A stretch of DNA of 64,000 bases from Pocillopora damicornis (lineage: Eukaryota), in contig NW_020845264.1 of the NCBI RefSeq assembly GCF_003704095.1, forward strand, positions 992,001 through 1,056,000, read 5' to 3'. Under the pieces are notes generated by a model that was given only the letters and a program-made list of their open reading frames with translations, did not search any database and was not told where the DNA came from. A program made the translations under genes and the position numbers. Positions 62,667 through 64,000 of this stretch are shown in pieces. Every line of letters starts with the position of its first letter. Position 1 is the stretch's first letter.

Positions 62667-63090
62667 ACCAGTATTCTATGGCAGTCAATTATAGACAAAA
62701 TTCGATAATGAATTACCACTCCTTGCTTGATCAAACGCAATCAATATGTAGTCGCCTGGTTCCCAAGCAACACCGAAGCATGTTTGCAACCGAGAGAAGC
62801 TGGGAATAGCAGCTGGGGCCTGGGCATACAAAGTTTTTTGTTTTTAGTTTTTCGAGTGGGAAAAGGTTTTTTTTTTTCCTGTCATGAAAAAGGGATAGAG
62901 AATGGAAGGAGGTTGTATGTAGAGGGACTTCTTTTTATCGGAGACCCGACGTTGCCCTAATAATGGGCAGAGAAGCAACTATGGACATTGCAAGGGCAGT
63001 CATAGCTTTTGAACTTGATTCAAAATTAAAGCTCCCCCTTTTTTCTCCCTCTTGGAGAAATTTAAGTACGCGATGAAAATTAGTTATACA

Positions 63091-63210
63091 ACTTTAGAAA
63101 GTGCTAACGGTGGCCCATGAAATTATCAACTTAGTCGTTAAAACTAAATTATCATTTAATAGCCCTAACCGACGTAGCACCACAGTTTCTTTAGAAACTT
63201 ACCCTCTTCA
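63091..63210 (+). mobile_element. Penelope-like family arm and tail fragment
   Basis: acggtgg...tatcaact...actaaattat...accgacgtagcaccacagtttctttagaaacttaccc matches 20350-20455. Confidence 0.6.
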
Positions 63211-63798
63211 TCTTATTTTCTCTTTCCCTTCTCGTGGGCTCGTTCTTTTTAACCTTTGATTAGGGTTAACAAGTTTCTTTGGCATTTCTAATTAGTTCAG
63301 CTGGGAGTACAACTTCAACTTCCTGAAATGGTGACCCTTCTACTTCTCCCGTGGAGAGTGATCTACTCTGGAAAAGAGTGTGTACTTGTACAAAATGATT
63401 TTAAAGCACTTAAAGACACTCTTAACTCTAAATTTTCCATTTTCGTTGGCTTACGAGATCGGTTCAATGCATCCAAATGATTACATTTTACCGGAAATGG
63501 ATTTGAACTCATTACGAACCTTTTAATAGCAATTTTAAGCACATCTGATACTCTTAATCTCACGCGCATTAGAATAACTCCCACGCAATCTTGTTTTTTT
63601 TTTTTTTATTCAGTGCGAGAGAATTAACACTTCACCAAGGATTAAGTAACCTTATTTCTGTCAACTCTAATTTAAAAATCAAGTTCCTAAAAGAGGTAAG
63701 TGTTCACCCCTCAATTAGAAAAACATTGGGATTTGATTTATAAGATGTTTCTTAAGACAGTTATTTAAGGATAAAGCGACCTCAACTAAACAATGGAA

Positions 63799-63980
63799 AG
63801 GTAATTTGTTATTATAACTGGGTTTAAAACGTAAGTTGGTCACCGGTTAGAGTTTCATAGCTTTAAAACTCTTAACGGTGGTTAATTTACGTTATCAACT
63901 CAATTCATAATACTAAATTATCTTGTTACACTCTCCCACCGACGCAGCGTCGCATTTTCTTTACAAACTTACCCCCTTTA
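63799..63980. mobile_element. Penelope-like family inverted pair lacking the hammerhead core
   Basis: Left arm aggtaattt...caccg, right arm cggtggttaatttacgttatcaactc...aaattatctt, then tail ctcccaccgacgcagc...aaacttaccccctt. Confidence 0.6.
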
Positions 63981-64000
63981 ATCAATGGAAACTCAGTTAC

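Overview
AT-rich eukaryotic genomic DNA with GT-AG spliceosomal introns and four N gaps. The gene and repeat content points to an anthozoan cnidarian, probably a stony coral (inference). Genes from left to right: (-) a VWDE-like D8C-domain gene running off the left edge; (-) a secreted trypsin-fold protein with all three catalytic residues replaced, which may be the first exon of the VWDE-like gene; (+) two tandem 6-exon alpha-tubulin genes with patchwork identity; (-) a single-coding-exon class A GPCR lacking the usual activation residues; (+) a 2-exon GT31/B3GALT-type glycosyltransferase; (+) ZNF330/NOA36 (9 exons); (+) two tandem paralogous class A GPCRs with long third intracellular loops; about 14 kb with no recognisable gene; (+) an opsin with an uninterrupted CDS; (-) CNPPD1 (9 exons). 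Introns and intergenic DNA hold many short non-autonomous elements: TTAA-flanked MITEs, other TIR/foldback elements, a SINE, a LINE fragment, and a palindromic Penelope-like family carrying minimal hammerhead ribozyme motifs. Exon structures were read by eye and no database searches were run.
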